This document shows positions 28,935 through 37,817 of a DNA stretch of 64,000 nucleotides, one piece after another. Within the stretch, counting starts at the first letter, position 1. Each line of letters opens with the position of its first letter. A model generated the notes under the pieces. It did no database searches, was not told the origin of the DNA, and worked only from the letters and a program-made list of their open reading frames with translations. Both the position numbers and the translations under genes were made by a program. The DNA is from an uncultured Actinomycetes bacterium (lineage in GTDB: Bacteria > Actinomycetota > Thermoleophilia > Miltoncostaeales > Miltoncostaeaceae), in the NCBI GenBank assembly GCA_903943955.1, contig CAJAPZ010000082.1, forward strand, positions 2,078 through 66,077, written 5' to 3'.

Positions 28935-29846
28935 GTGGACCTGCTGGACATCATCATCATCGCGGCTGCCGCAATCGGCGTCGTGGCGTTTATCGCCCTC
29001 ACCGTGGTGATCGTCCGTCAGGGGCGATCGCTGAAGCGGCTGGAGGATCGCATTGGGCCGCCCGTGCCCATGGCCGCAGCACCCTCGCTGGAACGGGTCC
29101 GGGCGATTACCACGTCGCCCGAGGTCCGCGTTGAGACCTCCGATGCCCAATTGGCGGCACAGGCAGACGCTCTGCCCGGGTCTGCCCCGAATGCCGCAGC
29201 AGATGCGGCGGTACGTGACGCCGCCGGTGGTGCCGCCGCTGCTGCCCAGGCGCAGCCACGGTCCACGGCTCGGGCGCGCGCCAATGCCAAGAGCAGCACC
29301 TCGCGGGCGAAGGCCGGACCAGGCACAAAGAACGCCAAGTCGGGCGGGGGAAATGGCGCGCTCGTGGTGCTAATTGCCGTGCTCGCCGTGGCGATCGTGG
29401 CAGGTGGCGTGTGGTTCTTCCTCCTGCGTGGTGATGGCGGGTCGTCCACACCGGCAAGTGCCGGGGCATCGACGAGTGCGACGTCCGGCACCACCGGCAC
29501 CACTGTTGACGTGGGCGGGACGATCCCCGAAGTGGTGCCTCCACTGGCCAACAAGGCTGCGTACACCGTGGCCGTGCTCAACGCGAGTGGCGTGTCTGGT
29601 GCAGCAGCCAACCGCGTGGCACCACGCGTGCAGGCGGCCGGATACACCCTTGGGGTCGTGGATAACGCCGCGAAGCAGGACCTGCCGACGTCACAGATCG
29701 AATATCTGCCCGGTCGCAAGGAAGTGGCCTGGAACCTGGGCAAGGATCTGGGCATCACCACTGCTGTGCCGGTCGATGCGCTGGCGGAAGGGCGTATCGG
29801 CACCGCCGATGCCGTGGTGGTTGTGGGCAAGGACCTCGCCAAGTAA
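28935..29846 (+). CDS. LytR_C domain-containing membrane protein
   Basis: Two TM segments, an Ala/Lys-rich linker, and a C-terminal YTVAVLNASGVSGAAANRVAPRVQAAGYTLGVVDNA LytR C-terminal-type domain. Confidence 0.65.
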   Translation: MDLLDIIIIAAAAIGVVAFIALTVVIVRQGRSLKRLEDRIGPPVPMAAAPSLERVRAITTSPEVRVETSDAQLAAQADALPGSAPNAAADAAVRDAAGGAAAAAQAQPRSTARARANAKSSTSRAKAGPGTKNAKSGGGNGALVVLIAVLAVAIVAGGVWFFLLRGDGGSSTPASAGASTSATSGTTGTTVDVGGTIPEVVPPLANKAAYTVAVLNASGVSGAAANRVAPRVQAAGYTLGVVDNAAKQDLPTSQIEYLPGRKEVAWNLGKDLGITTAVPVDALAEGRIGTADAVVVVGKDLAK

Positions 29847-29862
29847 CACCCGCAGGGTGCAG

Positions 29863-31392
29863 TCAGGCGATGCCGTGGCCCCCGCCGCCGGGCGTGCGCT
29901 GCTCAATAACCGAACCGGCGGAGATGCGGCCACGCCATTTGCCGCTCACCGGCGCATCGTCGATGCGCGTCGAGCCCGGAGTGCCGTCGCTCCCGCCGCC
30001 GAGCCCACGGGGTGCCGAGCGACGTCGCTCCGCGATGAGCGACACATCGGCATCTTCGAGGAGCCGGATGCGACGCACCACACCGTCGCCGCCGCGGTGC
30101 AGACCGGTGCCGCCCGATCCACGCCGGACCGAGTAGCGCTCCACACGCACGGGCATTGCCACCTCCAGGGCCTCAACCGGAGTGTTGAGCGTGTTGCTCA
30201 TCGTGACGTGTACGGCATCAGGCCCGTCGCCACGCGGTGAGGCTCCCTGGCCTCCACCGAGAGTCTCGAAATACACCCGGCCCGGGAACCCGAGCGTGAG
30301 GTTGTTCATGGTCCCCTGCCCCTGGGCCGGCACATCGGTGGCACCCGACAGAGCGCCCATCACCGCGTCGGTGATTCGGCTCGAGCCCTCCACGTTGCCC
30401 GCCGCAACTGCGCTGGGCGGGCGGGCGTTCACCACGCTGCCTTCGGGGGCGATGATGGTGACCGGGGCGAATGCACCCGCAGATGCCGGGATGTCAGGGT
30501 CAATCGCCACGCGCACAGCGAAGTACACCGCTGACCGCGTCACGGCGATGGGGCAGTTGAGGTTGCCCGGTCCGGCGGGGTCGCTGCCGGTGAAGTCCAC
30601 GGTCATCGCATCGCCGCTGATGGTGACCGCCACGCGGATAACGATGTCGTCATCGGTCACGCCGTCGCCCTCAAGGCATTCGAGGCCGGTCCAACGGCCG
30701 TCGGGAAGTGCGGAAATCGCCGCACGTGTGCGTCGCTGCGCGTAGGCGAGAATGTCGTCCATCACTGCCGCGATGGCATGCACACCGCCGCGTCGCAGTG
30801 CCAGATCGTCCATCCGCGTCTGAGCGAGGCGGTGTGCGGACAGCTGAGCCGCCAGATCGCCCCGGCGCTCATCCGGCGTGCGGGAATTCGCGAGGATGAG
30901 ATCGACAAGGCCCTGATCAACGCCACTTGGTGATGCCAGACGCATTGGCGGAATGATCAGGCCCTCCTGAACAATCTCCCGGGCCCCCGCCGGCATGGAT
31001 CCAGGTGCCATGCCGCCGACATCCGCGTGGTGGGCGCGTGTGACCGCGTGTGCCACGGTGGTGCCATCAACGGCAATGGGGGAGACGATCGTGATGTCTG
31101 GCAGGTGCGTGCCGCCCCGAAACGGGTCGTTGATGATCCACGCCTCGCCCGGCAGCGCACCGCGGGCCATCACGGCAGCGACCGCCTCGGGCATGGCACC
31201 CAGGTGCACGGGGATCGAGTCCGACTGCGCCACCATTTGCCCATGCGCATCAAAGATTGCCGTGCTGCAGTCGCGACGCTCCTTGATGGTGACGCTGAAG
31301 GCCGCGCGCACCAATGCGGCCTGCATCTCGTCGGCAACCGCGCACAGAGTGGCGTTCCAGACCTGGAGGCCGATCGGGTCAAGACCACTCAT
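29863..31392 (-). CDS. hyuB: hydantoinase B/oxoprolinase family protein
   Basis: N-terminus DPIGLQVWNATLCAVADEMQAALVRAAFS and the family-typical body. I trimmed it to ATG 31392. It overlaps the hyuA stop by ATGA. Confidence 0.85.
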   Translation of the reverse strand: MSGLDPIGLQVWNATLCAVADEMQAALVRAAFSVTIKERRDCSTAIFDAHGQMVAQSDSIPVHLGAMPEAVAAVMARGALPGEAWIINDPFRGGTHLPDITIVSPIAVDGTTVAHAVTRAHHADVGGMAPGSMPAGAREIVQEGLIIPPMRLASPSGVDQGLVDLILANSRTPDERRGDLAAQLSAHRLAQTRMDDLALRRGGVHAIAAVMDDILAYAQRRTRAAISALPDGRWTGLECLEGDGVTDDDIVIRVAVTISGDAMTVDFTGSDPAGPGNLNCPIAVTRSAVYFAVRVAIDPDIPASAGAFAPVTIIAPEGSVVNARPPSAVAAGNVEGSSRITDAVMGALSGATDVPAQGQGTMNNLTLGFPGRVYFETLGGGQGASPRGDGPDAVHVTMSNTLNTPVEALEVAMPVRVERYSVRRGSGGTGLHRGGDGVVRRIRLLEDADVSLIAERRRSAPRGLGGGSDGTPGSTRIDDAPVSGKWRGRISAGSVIEQRTPGGGGHGIA

Positions 31393-33311
31393 GAGCGCTC
31401 CAGCGTAATTGCACCACCAGGGTGTGCTGTGGCAATCCATCCGTCGGCGACCCAGCACGTGCTGCCGTCCATGGGAATGCTGATGGGACCGGAAATCGGG
31501 GGGCCTGCGGGTGCCGCGACACCCCCGGGAATCTCCGGGCCGTCGCAGATGGCCGCGACACGGAGCGACACAACCTCGACGGCCCGACCCGGCATGGCCC
31601 CGCCGGATGCGCGCTCGTGGGCAGCATGAAATGCGTCCGCGAGTCCAGCGCCCGGGGCCTGCGGGTCCCATGGGATGGTCAGCGCATGGCTCTGTCCGAT
31701 GTAGCGGCAGTCGGCGTGGGCCTCAAGGCGCCCGCCGGGGACATCTGCCATGGCCATCACGACTAGTGGGGCGGCCGCGCGAGCAAGCGATGCGTGATCT
31801 GCGGCGGGAAGAAGCACCGTCTGCACGTAGTCGCAGCGCTCCCCAGCCACCACCATGCCCAGTGCGGCCAGCACACCCGCGGATGCCGGACATACGATGC
31901 GCGCGATCTGAAGCGAGTCGGCCACGTCGCAGGCGTGCATCGGCCCGGCGCCACCAAACGCGATCAGTACGCCGCACCGGGGATCGATGCCGCGTTCCAC
32001 GCTCACCACGCGGAGCGCCCCCACCATTTGCGAGACGGCCACAGCGATGATGCCCTCGGCGCATTGCACCGGGCGAAGACCGAGTGTCTCACCGAATGCC
32101 GTCACAGCCTCGAGCGCCCGCACCTGATCGAGGTGTATCTCGCCCCCGGCACCGAGATCCCCGGTCACGCGACCGAGCACCACATTGGCGTCGGTGACCG
32201 TGGGCTCCGTGCCACCGAGGCCGTATGCGGCGGGTCCCGGAACCGCCGCGGCCGAGTGCGGCCCCACACGCAGGGCGCCGCCGCCATCTGCCCACGCGAT
32301 GCTGCCGCCGCCAGCCGACACCGTGTGGATGTCGAGCATGGGCAGGTGGACCGGGTGTCCGGCGACGGAGCGCCCCGGCGCCCGCGCGGGTTGGCCGTCG
32401 TCGATGAGGGCGACATCGCATGATGTTCCACCCATGTCGAACGCCAGGGCGAGCGGCTCATGAATACTCGCTGCAACTGCCGCAGCACCCACCAGGCCGC
32501 CCGCGGGACCAGACAGGACGGTGCGCGCAGCATGCGTGGTTGCCACACCGAGGCTCATCAGGCCACCGCTCGACTGCATGATGGAGGGCTCCGGTAGGCC
32601 GGCCGCTGCCGTACGGCCCGAGAGGCGCTTGAGATAGGTGAGGAGCACGGGCGCGAGGTAGGCGTCAAGGGCCGTGGTGGCAACGCGCTCGTACTCCCTG
32701 ATCTCCGGGAGCACCTCAGATGAGATGGAGATGGGGACACCCGGAAGTGCTGCGCGTATGGCGCGTGCGAGCGCGGCCTCGTGTGATGGATCCCGGTAGG
32801 CAAAGAGCAGGCCGATCGCCACCGACTCGGGGTTGAGTGCCACCACTGCGGCGACCACCTCACGAATCGCATCGTCGCTGAGTGGCAGTTCGATACCAGT
32901 GGGGGTCATGCGCTCTCTGGCGCCCACCACGTGGTCTGCGCGCACGAGCGGGGTCGGATGCTGCTGCCAAAGGCGGTACAGCGCGGCCCGGTCCTGCCGG
33001 CGCAGTTCGAGGATGTCCTCAAAACCCTGCGTGGTGATCAGACACACCCGGGCGCCGCGCCGCTCGAGGAGTGCGTTGGTGCCCACCGTCATGCCGTGGG
33101 CGAGCGACCGGACCTCCGCGCCGGTCACCCCGGCGGCGTCGAGCGCGGCTGCCACCGCGGCAACGACGCCCTCCCCCTGATCGTGCGGGGTGGTGGGAAC
33201 CTTGGCCGCGAAGACGCCGTGCGCCGACACCACGACGGCGTCGGTGAATGTGCCGCCGACGTCGACGCCGACCCGAGTGTGCGGGGTCTCCCCCCGAATG
33301 GGATCTACCAT
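31389..33311 (-). CDS. hyuA: hydantoinase/oxoprolinase family protein (A subunit)
   Basis: N-terminal VGVDVGGTFTD ATPase motif 10 residues after ATG 33311. The upstream 458 codons of the track ORF are antisense shadow. Confidence 0.85.
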   Translation of the reverse strand: MVDPIRGETPHTRVGVDVGGTFTDAVVVSAHGVFAAKVPTTPHDQGEGVVAAVAAALDAAGVTGAEVRSLAHGMTVGTNALLERRGARVCLITTQGFEDILELRRQDRAALYRLWQQHPTPLVRADHVVGARERMTPTGIELPLSDDAIREVVAAVVALNPESVAIGLLFAYRDPSHEAALARAIRAALPGVPISISSEVLPEIREYERVATTALDAYLAPVLLTYLKRLSGRTAAAGLPEPSIMQSSGGLMSLGVATTHAARTVLSGPAGGLVGAAAVAASIHEPLALAFDMGGTSCDVALIDDGQPARAPGRSVAGHPVHLPMLDIHTVSAGGGSIAWADGGGALRVGPHSAAAVPGPAAYGLGGTEPTVTDANVVLGRVTGDLGAGGEIHLDQVRALEAVTAFGETLGLRPVQCAEGIIAVAVSQMVGALRVVSVERGIDPRCGVLIAFGGAGPMHACDVADSLQIARIVCPASAGVLAALGMVVAGERCDYVQTVLLPAADHASLARAAAPLVVMAMADVPGGRLEAHADCRYIGQSHALTIPWDPQAPGAGLADAFHAAHERASGGAMPGRAVEVVSLRVAAICDGPEIPGGVAAPAGPPISGPISIPMDGSTCWVADGWIATAHPGGAITLERS

Positions 33312-34404
33312 GGGCGGGCAATCTATCCCCGACCCGGGAATCGCCGTCCGAATCGTTTCCGCAACGCTCGTCGCAACGCTCGTCATCGTCGCCTCTGCCG
33401 GCGCCGCTCCGGCTGGTGTGCCGCTTGGCCCGGCGTCCGATCTTCTGGCGGTGCCCAACGGCGATCTGCTGTCAGGACTCGTCGGCTGGGGCGTTATGGG
33501 CCCTGCGACCTCGATGGTGCTCGCCGATGGCCCCGTTATCTCGGCATCAGACAACACCACCGTGCTGGGCCCCGTGGTGGCCATCCCACAGGGGGCGCAG
33601 GTGATGCCCGTGAGCATCGGCGTGCCGGGTGCGAATGCGTTCGTGCAGGTGCGGGCGCGACCAGAAGGCGGTGGGCCCGACATCCCGCTCATCACGCTCG
33701 TGCCGGACCGGGGCGTGCGCTCAATGGATGTACCGGTCGGCGCTGTTGCCGGGCAGACGGTGCGCATCGTGCTCGACCCGGTGTCATCGTTCGGTCGGCG
33801 TCTGCTCGTTGGTGGCATGGGTCCGGTGCGGGCGGTGCTGGCGGGGTGGTCGGTGGCCGGAGGGCTCCCGGTGGTTGCGCGCTCGTGGGGTCGCTCGGCC
33901 ATCCGGGTGGATGACGGAATGCTCACCGCCACGACCCCAGAAGTTGCAATGAGTGGTGCCTCCCGGTATCTCGGCGTCGCGGTGCGGGGGTCAGGAACTG
34001 TCGTCGCATCCGCGGGAGGGGCACAGACGCGCCTCACGGCAAGCGACGGCTCCTGGACGTGGCTGCATGTGCGGGTGGCAGGTGCTGAGGGTCGCATGGC
34101 GATCACGGCCACTACGACAGAAGGCGGAAGGCTTGCGCTCGGCCCGGTGGCCACTCTGGCGCGCGGCGTGTCGCTGTCCGCGCTGCGGGCATCGGCGGGG
34201 CGCGTGACCGCAAAGGTGGGGCCTTTGGCGACGGGCTTACGGGTGCAGGTTCGCGTGGGAGCGCGCATTGTGGGCACAGCCCGCGTGGCGCCGTCGGGGA
34301 TGGTGTCCATCGCCACGTCTGGTGCGCGGGGGCGCGGCAGTGTGGTGGTGCTCGGCGACGCCTCACGGGCGGGCATCACACGTGCGATCCGCCTCACCCG
34401 CTGA
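33310..34404 (+). CDS. hypothetical secreted protein
   Basis: Signal-peptide-like N-terminus (IAVRIVSATLVATLVIVASAGAAPAG), balanced composition and beta-rich repeats. The opposite-strand reading is Arg/Pro/Ser/Thr-rich junk. Confidence 0.5.
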   Translation: MGGQSIPDPGIAVRIVSATLVATLVIVASAGAAPAGVPLGPASDLLAVPNGDLLSGLVGWGVMGPATSMVLADGPVISASDNTTVLGPVVAIPQGAQVMPVSIGVPGANAFVQVRARPEGGGPDIPLITLVPDRGVRSMDVPVGAVAGQTVRIVLDPVSSFGRRLLVGGMGPVRAVLAGWSVAGGLPVVARSWGRSAIRVDDGMLTATTPEVAMSGASRYLGVAVRGSGTVVASAGGAQTRLTASDGSWTWLHVRVAGAEGRMAITATTTEGGRLALGPVATLARGVSLSALRASAGRVTAKVGPLATGLRVQVRVGARIVGTARVAPSGMVSIATSGARGRGSVVVLGDASRAGITRAIRLTR

Positions 34405-34422
34405 GGCGCACCAACCCGGCTG

Positions 34423-35304
34423 TTACGAGGAGATCTCGCGCGGGTATGAGCCGGGGTACGTGCCCACGAGCGACCGCGCCTGTGAGAGTGCCTCAGATTT
34501 GGTGGTGAAGACTCCCGAGAACACCACCCAGTACCCGGGACGAAGCGACGGATGGTCGGTGCTGAACAGCACCCCACCCGGCTGACCAGACGACTGGAGC
34601 TTCGATGCCGCCGATCGCGCGGCCGCCTCGTTCTTGACGCTCGACACGATGGCAGTCCAACCGCTGGTCCCTGACGGCCAGTCATCGGACCCGGTGGCAG
34701 ATGAACCGCTGCCTGACGAACCAGTTGAGTCGCTCGTGGTGGGCAATTCGCTGGTGGTCTGCCCGTCCACCCCAGGGCCAGTCACCGTGAGCACACCGGA
34801 GTCGCCGGTGGTTGCAGTGGTGTCAACAGGAAGGCCGCCAGTGGTGCCCGTGGTGTCTGGCAACAATCCACTCGTGTCGGTGGGGAGGGTGCCCATCGTG
34901 TCTCCGGGCAGGCTTGAGTCGGTGCTGGTGGTGGGAATCGCCGTCGTGGGCACCGTGATGACCGGCGCCGTGCTGACCATGGGCACCGGAACCGCTCCAG
35001 GGCCACCATCGTCGTTGGACGCCACGTAGGCGAGGGCACCTGCGCCAGCGCCAAGGATTGCCAGCCCGATTGCCACGCTTGCGAGGCCACCAGCGCCGCG
35101 CCGCATCTTGGGGGCGAGCGGAGTCGGTGATCCGCACTCAAGGCAGTAGGTCTGCGCGGGGTCAAGTTCGCAACCGCACACCGAGCAGGTGGGAGGCGGC
35201 GCGGGTGTCTCGACCGTGCCGGCGTCATCACCGGATGAGGCGCCGCCCGCGGGATCTGGGAGCGGCGGATCGACGCCCGGGTACGGGCTGTCGTGCGGAG
35301 TCAC
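34423..35304 (-). CDS. zinc-ribbon / TM / Thr-rich linker / SPOR domain protein
   Basis: CSVCGCELDPAQTYCLECG ribbon, one TM (LASVAIGLAILGAGAGALAYV), a Thr/Gly/Ser-rich linker, and a C-terminal SPOR-like region GWTAIVSSVKNEAAARSAASKL...GYWVVFSGVFTTKSEALSQARSL. It overlaps the upstream gene by GTGA. Confidence 0.65.
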   Translation of the reverse strand: MTPHDSPYPGVDPPLPDPAGGASSGDDAGTVETPAPPPTCSVCGCELDPAQTYCLECGSPTPLAPKMRRGAGGLASVAIGLAILGAGAGALAYVASNDDGGPGAVPVPMVSTAPVITVPTTAIPTTSTDSSLPGDTMGTLPTDTSGLLPDTTGTTGGLPVDTTATTGDSGVLTVTGPGVDGQTTSELPTTSDSTGSSGSGSSATGSDDWPSGTSGWTAIVSSVKNEAAARSAASKLQSSGQPGGVLFSTDHPSLRPGYWVVFSGVFTTKSEALSQARSLVGTYPGSYPREISS

Positions 35305-35954
35305 GACTTCGACTCACTCTCGCCGGGCATCGGAATGGCCTGCGTGGCCTGAGGATCGTCGGCGCCGCTGGCGATGACTTGCGTGGGCTGCTCGGGCATA
35401 TCGGTGATGACGATGGTGTCCTGCTCCACCTCCACCACCTCCGTGACGATGGCGAGGGGTACTCCGCACTCGGCACAGAAGTTGGCCCCGGACTTGCAGC
35501 GTGCTCCGCACGACGGGCAGGTGATGCTGGCGCCGCGACCGGACTGGCGCCGTTCGGCACGGGACGACTTGATGCCGTCCAGTTGATCATCCACCTGATG
35601 CACCTGACCACGAAGGTCGCTCACCTCGGCAGCGCGTCGGCGCATCACCTCTTCAGCCAGCAGCCCGCGGCCATATAGCTCAAGGGCAAGGCCACCCAGA
35701 TCAAAGATCCCCTGCTCGTACTGGCCGAGGAGCATGCGACGACGTCGCCGCAGCACGCCGGGGCGGATGCGTTCGGGCGAGTCGGCCTCGATCATCTCGG
35801 TGTCGCTGGACTCAACTACGACGTCCGGAGACGCCGGGGTCACCACGGTGCGGCGCCGGAAGAGCCGACGCTTCTCGGGGGCGGAATCCACGACCTCGGC
35901 GTCATGCGACACAGGGTCCGGGGCGATGGGCTCGTCGGCAGCGGAATCGATCAT
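35301..35954 (-). CDS. zinc-ribbon coiled-coil protein, function unknown
   Basis: Disordered N-terminus, a coiled-coil segment, then a CPSCGARCKSGANFCAECG ribbon paralogous to the one in the downstream gene. Confidence 0.55.
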   Translation of the reverse strand: MIDSAADEPIAPDPVSHDAEVVDSAPEKRRLFRRRTVVTPASPDVVVESSDTEMIEADSPERIRPGVLRRRRRMLLGQYEQGIFDLGGLALELYGRGLLAEEVMRRRAAEVSDLRGQVHQVDDQLDGIKSSRAERRQSGRGASITCPSCGARCKSGANFCAECGVPLAIVTEVVEVEQDTIVITDMPEQPTQVIASGADDPQATQAIPMPGESESKS

Positions 35955-36041
35955 TGAACGGGCGGATCGTAACCAGCCGCATCGGACGACGTGCCCCGAA
36001 ATGTTTCAACGTTTCAAAATCGCGTGAGTTGGGCAATGCGT

Positions 36042-36071
36042 TTGACGCGGCGCGGGTTGCTCCGCTAGCGT
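36042..36071 (+). promoter_or_regulatory. putative sigma-A-type promoter (TTGACG-N18-TAGCGT) for the riboswitch transcript
   Basis: The hexamers were read directly. The -10 element ends about 7 nt before the P1 helix. It lies in a locally AT-richer stretch. Confidence 0.3.
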
Positions 36072-36074
36072 GCT

Positions 36075-36180
36075 GCCTGCATCAAGAGCGGTGGAGGGTA
36101 TGGCCCTTTGAAGCCGCGGCAACCAGCGAATACTCGTCAGGTGCCAATTCCAGCAGGCATTCATGCCTGGGAGATGCGAT
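36075..36180 (+). promoter_or_regulatory. SAM-I (S-box) riboswitch
   Basis: Core aucAAGAGcGGuGGAGGGuauGGCCCuuUGAAgCCgcgGCAACC...GGUGCCAAuUCC...gggAGAUGcg. P1 pairs GCAUC 36079-36083 with GAUGC 36173-36177. Confidence 0.85.
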
Positions 36181-36239
36181 GGTCGACGTGCAGGTTCGCA
36201 CCGTGACCCTCGACTCCCGGCACCGATTGGGAGATTGGG

Positions 36240-37505
36240 ATGGGACACACGGAAGGGCGCGTCACAGGAGCACGTGGGCTCCGCTGCAAGGAGTGCGGCG
36301 AAGAGCTGCCGTTGGGCGCGTCGTACGCCTGCGAGTTCTGCTTCGGCCCGCTCGAGGTCGTGTACGACCTCGACTATCTGCGCGCCAACGTCACCCGTGA
36401 GTCCATCGAGGCCGGCCCCCAGTCAATCTGGCGGTATGCCGATCTGCTGCCCTGCGCGCCGATTGACACCCAGGTGGGCCTGCCTGTGGGCATGAGCCCG
36501 CTTGTGCCCGCCCCGCGCCTGGCTGCCCGCCTGGGCCTCGGCGAAGTATGGGTGAAGAACGAGACGGCCAACCCCACGCACTCCTTTAAGGACCGCGTGG
36601 TGAGCGTGGCGCTGCAGAAGGCCCGTGAACTCGGGTTTGAGGTTGCCGCGTGCGCATCCACCGGCAATCTGGCCCAGTCGGTGGCGGCACATGCTGCGGC
36701 CGCAGGCATGGAGAGCTTCGTGTTTGTGCCGAGCGACCTCGAGTCTCAGAAGATCGTTGCCACGGGTATCTACGGCTGCACGCTCGTGGCCGTTGATGGC
36801 AACTACGACGACGTCAACCGGCTGTGTATGGAGCTGGCCGCCGATCGCCCGTGGGCGTTCGTCAACGTCAACGTGCGGCCGTACTACAGCGAGGGCAGCA
36901 AGACCCTCGCCTACGAGACGGTTGAGCAACTCGGCTGGACGCTGCCAGATCGCTGCATCGTGCCCATCGCCTCCGGCTCCCTGTACACCAAGATCCGCCG
37001 CGGCTTCGGGGAGTTTCTCGAGCTTGGTCTGGTTGAGGGCAACGTGCCGCACATGAATGGCGCCCAGGCGCAGGGATGCGGACCCGTGGCGGCGGCGTAC
37101 GAGGCCGGGCTTGACTTCGTGACCCCGGTGCGTCCCGACACCATCGCCAAGAGTCTCGCCATCGGCAACCCGGCCGATGGGGTCTTCGCGCTGGATGTTG
37201 CCCATGAAACCGGCGGATCAATCGACGCGGTCTCTGAGCGCGAGATCACCGACGGAATCTGCCTGCTGGCAGAGACCACGGGAATCTTCACCGAGACCGC
37301 GGGCGGCGTGACCACCGCAGTGCTCAAGCGCTTGGCGGACCGTGGCGAGATCGGCGCCGACGAACGCGTGGTGCTCTACATCACGGGTGACGGACTGAAG
37401 ACCCTCGACGCAATCGCCGATCGCGTGGAGCCAGTCACAATCAGCCCCACCGTGGGCGACTTCGAGGCTGCTGTGGCAGGCCGCGGCACCCCTCTTCCTG
37501 CATGA
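36240..37505 (+). CDS. threonine-synthase-fold PLP enzyme with N-terminal Zn ribbon (candidate MetM-type homocysteine synthase rather than ThrC)
   Basis: CKECGEE...CEFC ribbon, PLP-lysine motif NPTHSFKDRVVS, and a fold-type-II body. The functional call comes from context (SAM riboswitch upstream, CysO-like gene downstream). Confidence 0.8.
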   Translation: MGHTEGRVTGARGLRCKECGEELPLGASYACEFCFGPLEVVYDLDYLRANVTRESIEAGPQSIWRYADLLPCAPIDTQVGLPVGMSPLVPAPRLAARLGLGEVWVKNETANPTHSFKDRVVSVALQKARELGFEVAACASTGNLAQSVAAHAAAAGMESFVFVPSDLESQKIVATGIYGCTLVAVDGNYDDVNRLCMELAADRPWAFVNVNVRPYYSEGSKTLAYETVEQLGWTLPDRCIVPIASGSLYTKIRRGFGEFLELGLVEGNVPHMNGAQAQGCGPVAAAYEAGLDFVTPVRPDTIAKSLAIGNPADGVFALDVAHETGGSIDAVSEREITDGICLLAETTGIFTETAGGVTTAVLKRLADRGEIGADERVVLYITGDGLKTLDAIADRVEPVTISPTVGDFEAAVAGRGTPLPA

Positions 37506-37533
37506 TCAACCCGACGACCCTGAGGATTCCCCG

Positions 37534-37806
37534 ATGAGCGTGACCGTTCGCATTCCATCTCCACTTCGACCGCTCACCGGCAATGCCGGCACGGTTGAGT
37601 GCGCACCCGGCACGGTGGCGGCGATCATCGACGAACTTGAGGCCAATCACCCCGGCTTCCGTGATCGTGTGACGCAGGACGGCAAGCTGCGCCGCTTTGT
37701 GAACGTGTTCGTCGCCGGGCAGGACGTCCGCTTTGAGCAGGGCATCGACACAGCAGTGGCCGACGGCCAGGAGGTCACCATCCTCCCTGCCGTCGCAGGG
37801 GGCTGA
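37534..37806 (+). CDS. MoaD/ThiS-family sulfur-carrier protein, CysO-like, C-terminal GG
   Basis: 90 aa ending ILPAVAGG-stop. The motifs IPSPLRPLTG, LEANHPGF and RFVNVFVAGQDVRF parallel M. tuberculosis CysO as I recall it. Confidence 0.85.
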   Translation: MSVTVRIPSPLRPLTGNAGTVECAPGTVAAIIDELEANHPGFRDRVTQDGKLRRFVNVFVAGQDVRFEQGIDTAVADGQEVTILPAVAGG

Positions 37807-37817
37807 CGGCCACGGCA

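Noticed and set aside
33312-34685. The 458-codon N-terminal extension of the 1098-aa minus-strand ORF that contains hyuA
   Set aside because: The extension is extremely Arg/Pro/Ser/Thr-rich and has no hydantoinase homology. HyuA-family proteins begin just before the VGVDVGGTFTD motif. The ORF stays open only because it shares third-codon positions with the plus-strand gene at 33310-34404, which has a signal peptide and normal composition.
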